Shown here: positions 28,620 through 38,444 of the stretch, one piece after another
How positions within the stretch are numbered: position 1 is the stretch's first letter
How the letters are laid out: each line of letters starts with the position of its first letter
Source: Candidatus Sericytochromatia bacterium
GTDB taxonomy: Bacteria > Cyanobacteriota > Sericytochromatia > UBA7694
Reading direction: 5' to 3'
NCBI GenBank assembly: GCA_964229355.1
Contig: CAXRDE010000005.1
Coordinates: 165,131 to 229,130, forward strand
DNA: 64,000 nt
Position numbers and translations under genes: made by a program
The notes under the pieces: model-generated
The model's input: only the letters and a program-made list of their open reading frames with translations
The model's database searches: none
What the model was told of the DNA's origin: nothing

Positions 28620-28713
28620 TTGCTACTTTCCGCCGTCATTCTTGAATATTTGGACTCAATTGTAGCACACTGCCTTACTGAGGCATCAGCCTTTCTAGTG
28701 CTATAATAAGCCC

Positions 28714-29100
28714 ATGAGCAATACATATCACTATGGTTACACCACCGACACACAGAAGTCACTGATGCATCACCTGATTTTTCCGGTTGATGCCTGGAGC
28801 AAACATAGCCCGAACCCAAACTTTGAATCGCTCAAAGCCCAGGAGCTTCAACCCATTTTGGTCTGGCTGATCCCCATTTTGGTGCTGGTCGCAGGATTTA
28901 CCCTGGGTCTGGGCTTTTTCTCAAGCTTGTTTTTCTATGGTATTGAGGCCACTATTCTTGCCATCATGGCAAAGCTTTACCTCAAATTAGAAACCGGGCA
29001 AGCCATTGAGCTTTTTTTCAACTTCTGGGTCTCCTTTCTCTGCATTGCCTTTATGTTTATGTTCGCCTTTGCTTTGCTTTCTATTTTCATTGATTTTTAA
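28714..29100 (+). CDS. Small integral membrane protein, hypothetical
   Basis: 128 aa with 3-4 hydrophobic helices. First gene of a co-directional cluster. Confidence 0.4.
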   Translation: MSNTYHYGYTTDTQKSLMHHLIFPVDAWSKHSPNPNFESLKAQELQPILVWLIPILVLVAGFTLGLGFFSSLFFYGIEATILAIMAKLYLKLETGQAIELFFNFWVSFLCIAFMFMFAFALLSIFIDF

Positions 29101-29112
29101 CAACACGCCAGG

Positions 29113-30489
29113 ATGGTCTTTTCTATGAAACCCATACATAGCCTCGCCGCTTTTTGTTTTTTAACAGCCCCTCTCTTGAGTGGGTCACTCCCGGCCCAGG
29201 CCGATACCCCCGAGCAAGTGAAAACCCTTAAAAACATTCAAATTCACCCATTGCCTGGTCAACTCGACAATCATCCTATGCTGAACAGCAACAGTCCTGA
29301 AATTGTTGAAGAATCGGGAATTCTGGTCTCTTCAATCCCCGGAAAATCCCCCGCCTATTTGAGTTACCCCTTTAAAGGAAAATTTGGCCTGTTTTCGCAT
29401 CATATTGCCAAAGATACCACTCCCGGTGAGCGCTTACTTTACCTGGGGACACTCGTGAGCAATCCCGGCGCGACACCGGTTACACTAGAACTCACAGCAG
29501 GCGCATCATACCTGAGCCAACCCGACGCGCTGTTTAAGCCCCTTCCGGCCCTTACTGACAATCCCCAGGGGAAAATTTTTGCGGGCCCAGGGGATCGGGT
29601 GACCACAGAATTGCTCGCCGGTACCAGTCCCCTCAAAAAACAGATTTTCACCATTCCAGCCCGCTCAACCCAACTGATTGCCAGTTTGCCCGTACCCACC
29701 AATGTAAAAATCCTACCGCCCATTAACGGACGCTCGACGCTGATGTACTTCAACGCTTCTGACAATCTCTACGTCTCACATCTGGCCTTTTTTGCAGAAA
29801 AAAAAGGCGGGCAATTTGTGGCCCCCACCCTTGAGGATTACCGAGAACTTCTGAACAGCGGAAAAATGGCAGGCAAGCGCGAACAAGCCCCCACAAACTA
29901 TATGCGCGAAAAGCCCCAGGGTGGCTTTCGCTATGGTCGCGTCGCTGGCATTAGCCAGGGCTTAACCTGGCAAAGCAAACTCTTTCAGGGTGACCAACTT
30001 TTACAGCGACCTGGAGTAGGCGAAACCGTAGGGTACCCCATCTCGGCGGTGTATCTCAAGCGGATGGGTACCGATCAAAATCAAAGTGGGGAGCTGTTGC
30101 GCCGTTACCCCGACACAGCCTACCAAAACCATGCTAATTATGGAGTGCGCTACGATATTGAAATCCCCTTACACAACCGCACGCCGAGTTATCAAACCTA
30201 TCGGATTGGCTTATCTCACCCCGCTGCACAAAACAAGGATGAATTCACCTATTTGTTCCCCCCCAATAAACCCGTCATGTACCGGGGCAGCACCCGTCTA
30301 AGCTGGACCGACGAATTTAATCAGAAGCAGGAGCGGCTCAAGCATGTGGTCTTACAGCATGGCCAGGAAGCACAGCCCCTGCACATGTTCACCCTGGCTC
30401 CCGGAGTAGACTATGATGTTCGTCTGAGCCTGTACTATCCTGCAGACAGCACGCCGCCCCAACTCTTAACGGTTGAACGTGTTGAGTAG
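29113..30489 (+). CDS. Secreted hypothetical protein (458 aa)
   Basis: Signal peptide MKPIHSLAAFCFLTAPLLSGSLPAQA. No catalytic motif recognised. Possibly related to cyanobacterial-type DUF3370 secreted proteins (memory only, unverified). Confidence 0.55.
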   Translation: MVFSMKPIHSLAAFCFLTAPLLSGSLPAQADTPEQVKTLKNIQIHPLPGQLDNHPMLNSNSPEIVEESGILVSSIPGKSPAYLSYPFKGKFGLFSHHIAKDTTPGERLLYLGTLVSNPGATPVTLELTAGASYLSQPDALFKPLPALTDNPQGKIFAGPGDRVTTELLAGTSPLKKQIFTIPARSTQLIASLPVPTNVKILPPINGRSTLMYFNASDNLYVSHLAFFAEKKGGQFVAPTLEDYRELLNSGKMAGKREQAPTNYMREKPQGGFRYGRVAGISQGLTWQSKLFQGDQLLQRPGVGETVGYPISAVYLKRMGTDQNQSGELLRRYPDTAYQNHANYGVRYDIEIPLHNRTPSYQTYRIGLSHPAAQNKDEFTYLFPPNKPVMYRGSTRLSWTDEFNQKQERLKHVVLQHGQEAQPLHMFTLAPGVDYDVRLSLYYPADSTPPQLLTVERVE

Positions 30490-30494
30490 CTTCC

Positions 30495-31739
30495 ATGCGC
30501 CCACTGTTTCAAGCCGAGCGTCATCAGCCTTTAAGCGAGGCTGATGACTGGTGCCCTGATACCGTCCGACAGTGGCTCACAACCTGGGGAGAAAAAGCGT
30601 TCGCACTAGGCCAACGCAACCCCGTTGGTTTCCCGCTGCATCCGCAAGACGCCACAGATGTGGAATGTAGCCATCCCAGCAGTCTCTATTGTGGCTCACT
30701 GGGCGTTTGGCTGGCCCTTGAACGGCTGATGCGTGCGGACTTACTTCCGTCCCAGCCCATGACAGACATTTATGAAAACATTCATACCCACTACCTCCGA
30801 GAACCCGACACCGGAGAAGTGGTGCCCTCATGGTTTTTAGGCGAAAGCGCAATTTTAACCCAGTGGTGCTTAAGTCATCGGGCTCCACGGGCACTGCAAG
30901 ACCGGCTGTATACCTGCCTTGAAAGCAACCTTCAAAATCCGACACAAGAAATTTTGTGGGGAACACCGGGCACCTTCCTGGGCGCCTTGTTCATGTGGGA
31001 AGCCACCGCTGAAACACGCTGGCGAACGCTTTGCCAGCAGCATATTGACATACTCTGGCAACAGTGGCAGTGGTTTGATCAGCACGGAGCCTGGCTCTGG
31101 GAACAAGATCTGTATGGAAAAACACGTATTTTCATGGGAGCCGGACACGGTTGGGCCAGCAATATTTATGGGCTCTGGCGTGCCGAAACCCTTTTGAGCG
31201 ATACCCAATACAATCAATTGCGTGAACGCACCCTCAGCGCCTTAAAAACCCAGGCCATCAGTCATGCTGAACACACCGGCCAAACCCATGCCGGGGCCAT
31301 CAATTGGCCCCCGTTGGCCGATCAAGAAACAGACCTGTTAATGCAATGGTGCCATGGCGCTCCCGGCATCATTTGCGCACTCCAACGGGCAGACTTACCT
31401 GAGCTCGATGCCTGGCTTTACAAAGGCGGGCTTAGCATTCTTGAAGCTGGCCCTCTGGTGAAAGGCCCTGGCTTGTGTCACGGCACTGCAGGTAACGGCT
31501 ACGCTTTACTCTATTTGCACATGCGACTTCAGCGTCGCTTACCCGCTCACCTTCCCCCGGTGCACTGGCTTCATAAGGCCCGACAATTTGCCATGCATGC
31601 CCTTCGACAGAGCCAAGAGAATGCGCGGCAGCATCAAATGGAGCGCTACAGTTTATGGACGGGCGATGCAGGCGTAGCCTGCTTTTTATTGGACTGTCTT
31701 ACGGAAATGCCTCGCTTACCAGGAATCGAAAAATTTTAA
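30495..31739 (+). CDS. Stand-alone LanC-like (lanthionine synthetase C-like) protein
   Basis: LanC signature motifs: SLYCGSLGV, GAGHGWASNIYGLW, WCHGAPGI, CHGTAGNGYALLYLH, SLWTGDAGVACFL. No dehydratase or kinase domain in the same protein. Confidence 0.8.
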   Translation: MRPLFQAERHQPLSEADDWCPDTVRQWLTTWGEKAFALGQRNPVGFPLHPQDATDVECSHPSSLYCGSLGVWLALERLMRADLLPSQPMTDIYENIHTHYLREPDTGEVVPSWFLGESAILTQWCLSHRAPRALQDRLYTCLESNLQNPTQEILWGTPGTFLGALFMWEATAETRWRTLCQQHIDILWQQWQWFDQHGAWLWEQDLYGKTRIFMGAGHGWASNIYGLWRAETLLSDTQYNQLRERTLSALKTQAISHAEHTGQTHAGAINWPPLADQETDLLMQWCHGAPGIICALQRADLPELDAWLYKGGLSILEAGPLVKGPGLCHGTAGNGYALLYLHMRLQRRLPAHLPPVHWLHKARQFAMHALRQSQENARQHQMERYSLWTGDAGVACFLLDCLTEMPRLPGIEKF

Positions 31740-33806
31740 ATGAATAACCTCAATGAACACATGCAACGGGCCGTTCACCACCATCAGCAAGGCGCATATT
31801 CTCAAGCAGAAGAGCTCTATCGCGAGGCCTTAAAGCACTACCCAAAACATGACGCGATTTTAAACCTCATGGCAACCCTGTATGCTGAACAAGCCCGTTA
31901 CGACAAAGCCATTCCCTATTTTAAAAAGGCCATCCGCTATAGCAAAAACCCCGCACCTTACCAATTTAACCTGGGGGAAGCTTTCTGTCGCAACCAGCAG
32001 TTTCAACGCGGAGTGGAACAGTTTCAAAAACTTTTATCGACTCCCCAGGAACCTCAGGCCCGATACGCCCTCGCCAAAGCCTTAAGTCATCTCGAACGCT
32101 ATGATGAAGCCTGTCTCCACTATGCAGAATGCCTAAATATTCACCTTTCAGAAACAGAACGCGCAGAGCGCCATTTTCGCTACGGTTCTTGCCTTGAAAA
32201 AGCCCAACGCTACCGTTCTGCTATCCAGATCTATCGCCAGGGGCTCGTGTACAACCCTCAACATGGGGAGATGCACTTTGCTCTGGCCGAACTGCTGTTT
32301 GCCGACAAACAGTTTGCCATCGCAGTGTCTCACTACGAAAAAACCCTGGCCTTAGACCCCCACCACGGAGACGCGAATTTTAAACTGTGGCGTTTATATA
32401 CCCAGTATGATCAACGCAGCGTGGCCGATAGCTACAGAAACGTTCTTTTAAACCAATATCCCCAACATGCCCAGGGCATCAAATGGCAACAAAACCTGGA
32501 TTTACCCATTATTCCCCAAAGCATCTCAGAAAAGCAAACCCATCTCGAGCGCCTTCAGGAAACACTGGAGACCCAGGCCTTTGAAATAAGCGATTTGGAC
32601 ACACTGACGCGCTTTGATATTTTCCCTCCTTATATTCTGGCTTACTACGGCCTCGAAGATCGAAGCCTGCGCGAACGCTTTGCTCAGCGGATCATAGAAA
32701 CAGGAACAATTCCACAGTTTTTGCCTGCCGGCAAGTCGCGACCTGTGCCCCGGGTGGGTTTTTTGGTGACCTCGGGCCATGAGGGTGTGTTTATGAAATG
32801 CATGACGGGACTCATTAAACAATTGCAATCCAAACTGGATCTAACCGTGGTTTGCGTTGCACCACTGGGCAAAACCATTTTAAGCCGCGCTTTACCCCAC
32901 TGTACTTATCTGGAACTACCCAAAGATATTTTGCAAGCCGCAAAGGCTTTGCAAAAGCAAGACTTCGATTTACTCTATTACTGGGAGATAGGTACAGATG
33001 CTCACAATTATTTTCTGCCCTTCTTTCAGACGGCACGCAAACAGGTAGCCAGCTGGGGATGGCCAGTGACCAGTGGAATCCCATATGTGGACGCATTCTT
33101 TTCCTGTGAGTTCCTGGAGCCCTCCTCAGGAGACTTGCATTATAGCGAACGCTTATACACAGCAGAGCGTTTGCTTACGTTCTATACCCCGCCACATTTC
33201 CCGCCACCGATGTCCCGTGAAACCCTGGGGGTAAATCCCGAAACACACCTTTACCTGTGTACCCAAAACCTTCGCAAAATTCAGCCTGAGATGGACCCTT
33301 TACTGACAGGCATTCTTAAAAGCGATCCACAAGCCCAGCTATTTTTTATTGGTGATAAACTCAGTCCGTTAAAGGATCGCCTGGCACATCGCTGGTCTCA
33401 AGCCGGCTTAGACCTGACCAGAATTCATTTCTTGTCGCGTATGGAAGAGGACACCTATTTGCAATGGGTGCAAAACGCAGACGTCATTTTAGATACCCCT
33501 TGCTATACCGGTGGTGCCAACACCAATTATGATGCTTTTCAAGCGGGCACCCCAGTGGTTACCCGAGAGGGCAGCTTACATCGTGCGCGTTATACCGCAG
33601 GAGCCTACCGACAAATGGGAGAGACCACCTGCATTACCCACGATGACGAAAGCTATATTCAAAAAGCAACGCAACTGGCACGAGATCCCGAGTACCGTCA
33701 CACCGTTTCTGAAAGTATTGCACACCATCGGCATCAACTGTTTGAAGACCCACTGGCAGTAAAGGCTTGCATGGGGTTGATTGATCGGATTTTGGAAGCA
33801 CGTTAA
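31740..33806 (+). CDS. TPR-repeat protein fused to a GT41 (O-GlcNAc transferase/SPINDLY-like) glycosyltransferase domain
   Basis: N-terminal TPRs (AYSQAEELYREALKHYPKHDAILNLMATLYAEQARYDKAIPYFKKAI...). C-terminal GT41 C-cat motifs (DLLYYWEIGTDAHNYFLPFFQTARKQVASWGWPVTSGIPYVDAFFS, ADVILDTPCYTGGANTNYDAFQAGTPVVT). Start ATG overlaps the LanC-like stop (TAAATG). Confidence 0.8.
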   Translation: MNNLNEHMQRAVHHHQQGAYSQAEELYREALKHYPKHDAILNLMATLYAEQARYDKAIPYFKKAIRYSKNPAPYQFNLGEAFCRNQQFQRGVEQFQKLLSTPQEPQARYALAKALSHLERYDEACLHYAECLNIHLSETERAERHFRYGSCLEKAQRYRSAIQIYRQGLVYNPQHGEMHFALAELLFADKQFAIAVSHYEKTLALDPHHGDANFKLWRLYTQYDQRSVADSYRNVLLNQYPQHAQGIKWQQNLDLPIIPQSISEKQTHLERLQETLETQAFEISDLDTLTRFDIFPPYILAYYGLEDRSLRERFAQRIIETGTIPQFLPAGKSRPVPRVGFLVTSGHEGVFMKCMTGLIKQLQSKLDLTVVCVAPLGKTILSRALPHCTYLELPKDILQAAKALQKQDFDLLYYWEIGTDAHNYFLPFFQTARKQVASWGWPVTSGIPYVDAFFSCEFLEPSSGDLHYSERLYTAERLLTFYTPPHFPPPMSRETLGVNPETHLYLCTQNLRKIQPEMDPLLTGILKSDPQAQLFFIGDKLSPLKDRLAHRWSQAGLDLTRIHFLSRMEEDTYLQWVQNADVILDTPCYTGGANTNYDAFQAGTPVVTREGSLHRARYTAGAYRQMGETTCITHDDESYIQKATQLARDPEYRHTVSESIAHHRHQLFEDPLAVKACMGLIDRILEAR

Positions 33807-33865
33807 TATCAATGCCCAGCTCTCGTCACTTCCACGATTTTGCGGTATGCTAAGACAAAGAAATT

Positions 33866-34606
33866 ATGGCAAAATCACAACAAAAAGAAGAAACGGCACA
33901 ACTTTCTCCAGAGCAAGTCGTTCGGGACTATGCCCCCCTGGTGTATAAAATTGCCCACAATTTATCTCGCCGCACCGTAGATCCCGTAGAGGATCTTATT
34001 CAAGTGGGAATGATTGGCCTGTTGGAGTCTCATCGACGCTTTGATCCCACCCAGGCTGCTTCTTTTAAAACCTACGCCACCCATTTTGTCAACGGCCATA
34101 TTCGTCATTATTTGCGCGACCGTCAGCAATTGCTCAAAGGCCCCCGCTCCCTACAGGAACTCACCTATCGCGTGCAAATGGCCCAAAAAGAGTTAAAGCA
34201 AAAATACAAGCGTAATATCAGCACCGAAGATATTGCCGCCTACCTGGGGATTGAACACGCACAGGTCGATGACGCCCTGAACTATGCTCGCAAGGCCAAA
34301 ATGCTCTGGCTTGACCAGCAGTACAGCAGCAGCAATGGCGAAGACGAAGCCCGCACCTTGATGGACACCCTTCCCGACGAACAAGGGGGCATGGATCAGC
34401 GCATGGACACCCGCATCTTTATTGAAGAGGGGCTCCGCCAGCTGTCAGAGCTTGACCAAAACCTCTTGCGCTTGCGCTACTTCGAAGATCTTACCCAGGC
34501 CAATATTGCACGCCAGCTCGACATGTCACAAATGGATGTTTGCCGCAAATTGAAACAGGCCGAAAAGCGCCTGCGCAAACTCTTGTATAGCCCCTCTGAA
34601 TCTTAA
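33866..34606 (+). CDS. RNA polymerase sigma factor, group 3 (FliA/SigF/SigB-like)
   Basis: Region 2 (LIQVGMIGLLESHRRFDP...FKTYATHFVNGHIRHYLRD) and region 4 HTH (LSELDQNLLRLRYFEDLTQANIARQLDMSQMDVCRKLKQAEKRL). Confidence 0.85.
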   Translation: MAKSQQKEETAQLSPEQVVRDYAPLVYKIAHNLSRRTVDPVEDLIQVGMIGLLESHRRFDPTQAASFKTYATHFVNGHIRHYLRDRQQLLKGPRSLQELTYRVQMAQKELKQKYKRNISTEDIAAYLGIEHAQVDDALNYARKAKMLWLDQQYSSSNGEDEARTLMDTLPDEQGGMDQRMDTRIFIEEGLRQLSELDQNLLRLRYFEDLTQANIARQLDMSQMDVCRKLKQAEKRLRKLLYSPSES

Positions 34607-34633
34607 ATTTCATCATTCCCAAGGAGTACACTT

Positions 34634-35845
34634 ATGTCTGGACATATGAATGAATGGCTCAATCTGATCATCCGTTGGATGCACTTGATTGCGGGCATTT
34701 CCTGGATCGGCAGTTCCTTCTTTTTCATGTGGTTAGACAGTCATCTGGAAGCACCGCCTCCAGAAAAAAAAGACGTCAGTGGCGAACTGTGGATGGTGCA
34801 CAGCGGGGGCTTTTATCAGGTAGAAAAATACATGATTAAGCCGGGCTGGGTGCCTGATAACCTGCACTGGTTCAAGTGGGAAGCGACCTTTACCTGGATT
34901 ACCGGGTTCTTTTTGCTGGGCGTTGTGTACTATATGGGCGGAGCCCTGTACCTGATTAACCCTGAATCCACCGTTCCCAAAGGCATGATTATGGCTGCGG
35001 GGTTATTGCTCTTGCCCGTGGCCTGGATTATTTACGACGTACTGTGGAATACCCTGTTTAAAAACCAGGCCAAAGTAGGAGCTGCGGTATCTTTTGTGCT
35101 CACCATGGCCGCTGCCTATGGCCTGAGTTCTATCCTCAGTGGTCGCGCCCTGTTCATTCATATTGGCGCCATGTTTGGCACCCTGATGGTGACGAACGTG
35201 TGGATGCGCATTTTACCGGCCCAGCAGCAAATGATTGACGCCACCCTCAAGGGAGAAATCCCCGATTACTCCAAAGGGGAGCGGGCCAAACAACGCTCGG
35301 TACACAACAACTATATGACGCTGCCCGTGTTGTTCATGATGATCAGCAACCACTTTCCCAGCACGTACGGTAACACCTACAACTGGGCTGTATTGGGTGG
35401 CATGATTCTAGTAGGCGCAGGCATTCGACACTTTATGAACGTGAAAACCCCCTTCAGCCGTTTTACCCTGAGCGCAGCCATTGCAGGGGCTTTTGGTCTT
35501 TTCTTTTATACCTCGCCTCCCACGGCAAATTCACAGGCAAATTCTTCGGCCCAATCCTCAGCTCAGGCCGTAGATGACAAAGCGGTGAGTTTTACTGAGG
35601 TACAAACCGTCATCCAAAACCGTTGCGTGAGCTGCCACTCGCAAACCCCCACCGATGACGTCTTTAAAGTGGCGCCGCTGGGGGCCATGTATGACACACC
35701 AGAGCAAATCAAAGGCTATGCCGATAAGATCAAAGCCCGTGCTGTGGACGCCAAGACCATGCCCCTGGGCAACAAAACCCAAATGACCGACGAAGAACGG
35801 GCCTTATTGGGGCGCTGGATTGACCAGGGAGCCTCTATTGACTAG
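34634..35845 (+). CDS. puuD: Urate hydroxylase PuuD-like membrane cytochrome c
   Basis: N-terminus EWLNLIIRWMHLIAGISWIGSSFFFMWLD...GELWMVHSGGFYQVEKY...NLHWFKWEATFTWITG matches the PuuD family. C-terminal CVSCH heme c site. AAGGAG RBS. Confidence 0.65.
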   Translation: MSGHMNEWLNLIIRWMHLIAGISWIGSSFFFMWLDSHLEAPPPEKKDVSGELWMVHSGGFYQVEKYMIKPGWVPDNLHWFKWEATFTWITGFFLLGVVYYMGGALYLINPESTVPKGMIMAAGLLLLPVAWIIYDVLWNTLFKNQAKVGAAVSFVLTMAAAYGLSSILSGRALFIHIGAMFGTLMVTNVWMRILPAQQQMIDATLKGEIPDYSKGERAKQRSVHNNYMTLPVLFMMISNHFPSTYGNTYNWAVLGGMILVGAGIRHFMNVKTPFSRFTLSAAIAGAFGLFFYTSPPTANSQANSSAQSSAQAVDDKAVSFTEVQTVIQNRCVSCHSQTPTDDVFKVAPLGAMYDTPEQIKGYADKIKARAVDAKTMPLGNKTQMTDEERALLGRWIDQGASID

Positions 35846-35857
35846 CGCACCAGGTGA

Positions 35858-37303
35858 CTAGGGCGTCGTCGCCAGGAGTTCGCATAAGCGCTGCTGGGTC
35901 TGTATGGCTGCCCCATAACTTGTGAAGTGATTCATCAAAAACGAAAAGATGATCACTTCATTTTTTTGGGTATAAACATAACCTGACAGGGAAGATACCC
36001 CGTTAATAAAGCCCGTTTTTGCACGCACACGACGCTTCAACAAAGGCGTGTTCATACGTTTTTTCAGGGTGCCATCGACACCGGAAATAGCCAGGGATCC
36101 CATAAAGTCTACACTGACGTCAAATTGTTGAAACATGTATTCTAAGACCCGGCTCAGGGTCGTGGCGGTCAAGCGGTTTAAAGGCGACAGACCTGAGCCA
36201 TCCGCAATCACCAGGGGGGTGTTGGGGTCAATGCCCACCTGGCTGAGCAAAAAGCGGTCCTTAATGACCTGCGCCCCTTTTTCAGCGGTGCCCGGCGCAC
36301 CGATAAAATTAGCGCCCATAAACTTCAATAGATTTTCTGCAATCAAGTTCACACTGTCTTTGTTAAGACGGGTCACAATATCTTTAAGGGGCGGTGACAG
36401 GGTAGAAGCCAAAATCGTAGCTCCGGCAGGCGTTTGCCCCTTTACCACTTTGCCCTGCAATTGAATTCCTTCTTGCTTCAACATGGACTGAGCCACATTG
36501 CCCACATACAAACCTGGTTTATCTAAGTTGATGTTTTCGCTTTCCGTACGGCCCCGTAGGTTCACCTGACCTGAAACGATAATTTGATTGCGGTTATTGA
36601 CCCACTGACGGGAGATTTTAAGCCGTGTGGCTCCGGTGGTCGTTCGGGTTTGATTGACGATATCAAAGAAAGTGTTTTCAGGTTTAAGACGGACGTTTGC
36701 CGCTTGTCCCAGTTGTCCGGGCTTGACTTGCACAGCCACCGTATTCAGATTTAAAGACAGCGCTGAAATACGGGCACTGTAGGCCGCTGCGCCATAGGTG
36801 TCCTTCCACCCCTTACCCCGGGTTTCCTGATCAAAAAAAGTATCGTCCACGTACAGATTACCGGTGATGCTCTCCACCCCAGCAAAGCGCAGCTCTTGTA
36901 CGAGTTCACTTAAGCGCTCGTCATCCAATACCGGATCGCCATAGCCTTTGAGGTAAATATCCCCATTTAACACACCGCCCCGCAAGCGGGCATTGCTATA
37001 CAGCGTGGTCTTGAAGCGAAATTCAGGCTTCAGCAAGTGCAAAGCTGCGGCAGAGGTAATCACTTTCATGTTCGAGGCTGGAATTAAGGCCTTGTCCGCG
37101 TTTTTTTCAAACAGCACTTGCCCGGTTTTCATGGACACCATACGTACCGCTGTATTTTGAGGGGAAAGCCCCGCCTGATTCAAAATACTTTGCGCAGTAC
37201 TGGCCTGAAAAGCCTGGACAGGTAGAGGCCCAATAAAAGTTAGGGAGCAGACCAGTGCGCACAGGGAAGTCATTAAAGGGTTTTTCTTAAAGAAATGTAA
37301 CAC
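35858..37303 (-). CDS. dacB: D-alanyl-D-alanine carboxypeptidase/endopeptidase (PBP4, peptidase S13 family)
   Basis: Signal peptide. SNMK active-site motif (PASNMKVITSAAAL). Overall PBP4 architecture (~480 aa). Confidence 0.8.
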   Translation of the reverse strand: MLHFFKKNPLMTSLCALVCSLTFIGPLPVQAFQASTAQSILNQAGLSPQNTAVRMVSMKTGQVLFEKNADKALIPASNMKVITSAAALHLLKPEFRFKTTLYSNARLRGGVLNGDIYLKGYGDPVLDDERLSELVQELRFAGVESITGNLYVDDTFFDQETRGKGWKDTYGAAAYSARISALSLNLNTVAVQVKPGQLGQAANVRLKPENTFFDIVNQTRTTTGATRLKISRQWVNNRNQIIVSGQVNLRGRTESENINLDKPGLYVGNVAQSMLKQEGIQLQGKVVKGQTPAGATILASTLSPPLKDIVTRLNKDSVNLIAENLLKFMGANFIGAPGTAEKGAQVIKDRFLLSQVGIDPNTPLVIADGSGLSPLNRLTATTLSRVLEYMFQQFDVSVDFMGSLAISGVDGTLKKRMNTPLLKRRVRAKTGFINGVSSLSGYVYTQKNEVIIFSFLMNHFTSYGAAIQTQQRLCELLATTP

Positions 37304-37435
37304 GGAGCCTCCACTGAGCCGTCAAGATTGTTAGAATTATATGTCAAATTCGTTGTGTTGCGTTGATATGTGATTCTTTTACGCGGAAAAAACACAGGTT
37401 TAACGTATGATAAATGAGACCTGCTTATCAAAAGT

Positions 37436-37464
37436 TTGTTAAACTTGCGATTTGATGTTAAATT
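37436..37464 (+). promoter_or_regulatory. Candidate sigma70-type promoter upstream of the flagellar switch/export operon
   Basis: TTGTTA, 17 nt, TAAATT in the 217-nt intergenic leader before the TTG-start fliM-like gene. Confidence 0.3.
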
Positions 37465-37520
37465 GTAGAACAGCAGGTTTTTTGTAACCTAAGCACCTGT
37501 TGATGGCGAGGTAAATTCAT

Positions 37521-38417
37521 TTGGCTAAGGATAATCCGCTGCAATCGTTACGGTTTTCCAGCGCGCGTCCTCTGACTTCAGAGGACCTTAAAGCCCTTTA
37601 TTATATTCATGACCGTGTTGCGCAAACGTTAACGGAGATCTTGTCTGCTGAGCCGACTTCTGCGGCCACCTGGCAAGTGATCAGTATCGAGCAAAACCCG
37701 TTTCAAAAGATTTTGAGAAAGTATCCGCGAGACTCCGTCTGGTCCTTACTGGGCTTTGGCGAATCTCTGGTAGGGGGCGTTGCCCTCGTTATTGAAAAAG
37801 AGTCGGTCATCTCAATGGTGCGTCAGGCAGGAGCAGACCTGGCTCCTGAGTCTGAAGATGAAATCACCGAGTTTGAGTTGGGACAAATTGACAATCGCAT
37901 TCAACAGTTTTCGGAAGCGTTTTCAACCATTTGGGGTGAGTATCACCCACTCAGCTTACAGCTGGCCACCTTCCCCAACACACCAACCATTGATGAGTTC
38001 CGCAATCTGCTCATGGGTCTCAACACAGAAACCCCCTGTATCACCATTACCTTCCAGGTGAGCATGATTGCCCGAGAAGTTCAAAAGGCATCACTCATCT
38101 TCCCACAACCTTATCTTGCCCCGCTGTACCATGTACTGCAATCGGTCAATGAGACCATGGTTGAAGAAGGCGACTTTGAACAGGTTCAAGAACGTATCGG
38201 TATGGTAGACGATATTACAACACCTGTGGTGGTCGAGCTCGGAAAAACCCGCATGAGCTTTTCTGATATTCAGAATATGGAATTCAATGACTTTATTATT
38301 TTGGATCAGACCATTGATGCGCCACTTCGTGTCAAAATCGGCAAGGACACCCAAATGAAAGGCTCTCCTGGCACCACTCCAGATGGCCGTTACCTTGCCG
38401 TACAAATAATTGAATAA
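37521..38417 (+). CDS. fliM: Flagellar motor switch protein FliM-like (short form, 298 aa)
   Basis: TTG start. N-terminal LTSEDLKALY resembles the CheY-P-binding LSQxEIDALL peptide. YYIHDRVAQTLTEIL aligns with the FliM IINERFARHF region. C-terminal SpoA/FliN-like domain (VVVELGKTRMSFSDIQNMEFNDFIILDQTIDAPLRVKIG). Confidence 0.65.
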   Translation: MAKDNPLQSLRFSSARPLTSEDLKALYYIHDRVAQTLTEILSAEPTSAATWQVISIEQNPFQKILRKYPRDSVWSLLGFGESLVGGVALVIEKESVISMVRQAGADLAPESEDEITEFELGQIDNRIQQFSEAFSTIWGEYHPLSLQLATFPNTPTIDEFRNLLMGLNTETPCITITFQVSMIAREVQKASLIFPQPYLAPLYHVLQSVNETMVEEGDFEQVQERIGMVDDITTPVVVELGKTRMSFSDIQNMEFNDFIILDQTIDAPLRVKIGKDTQMKGSPGTTPDGRYLAVQIIE

Positions 38418-38444
38418 AACAAGAGAGAAAAGAGTTGTTGACCT

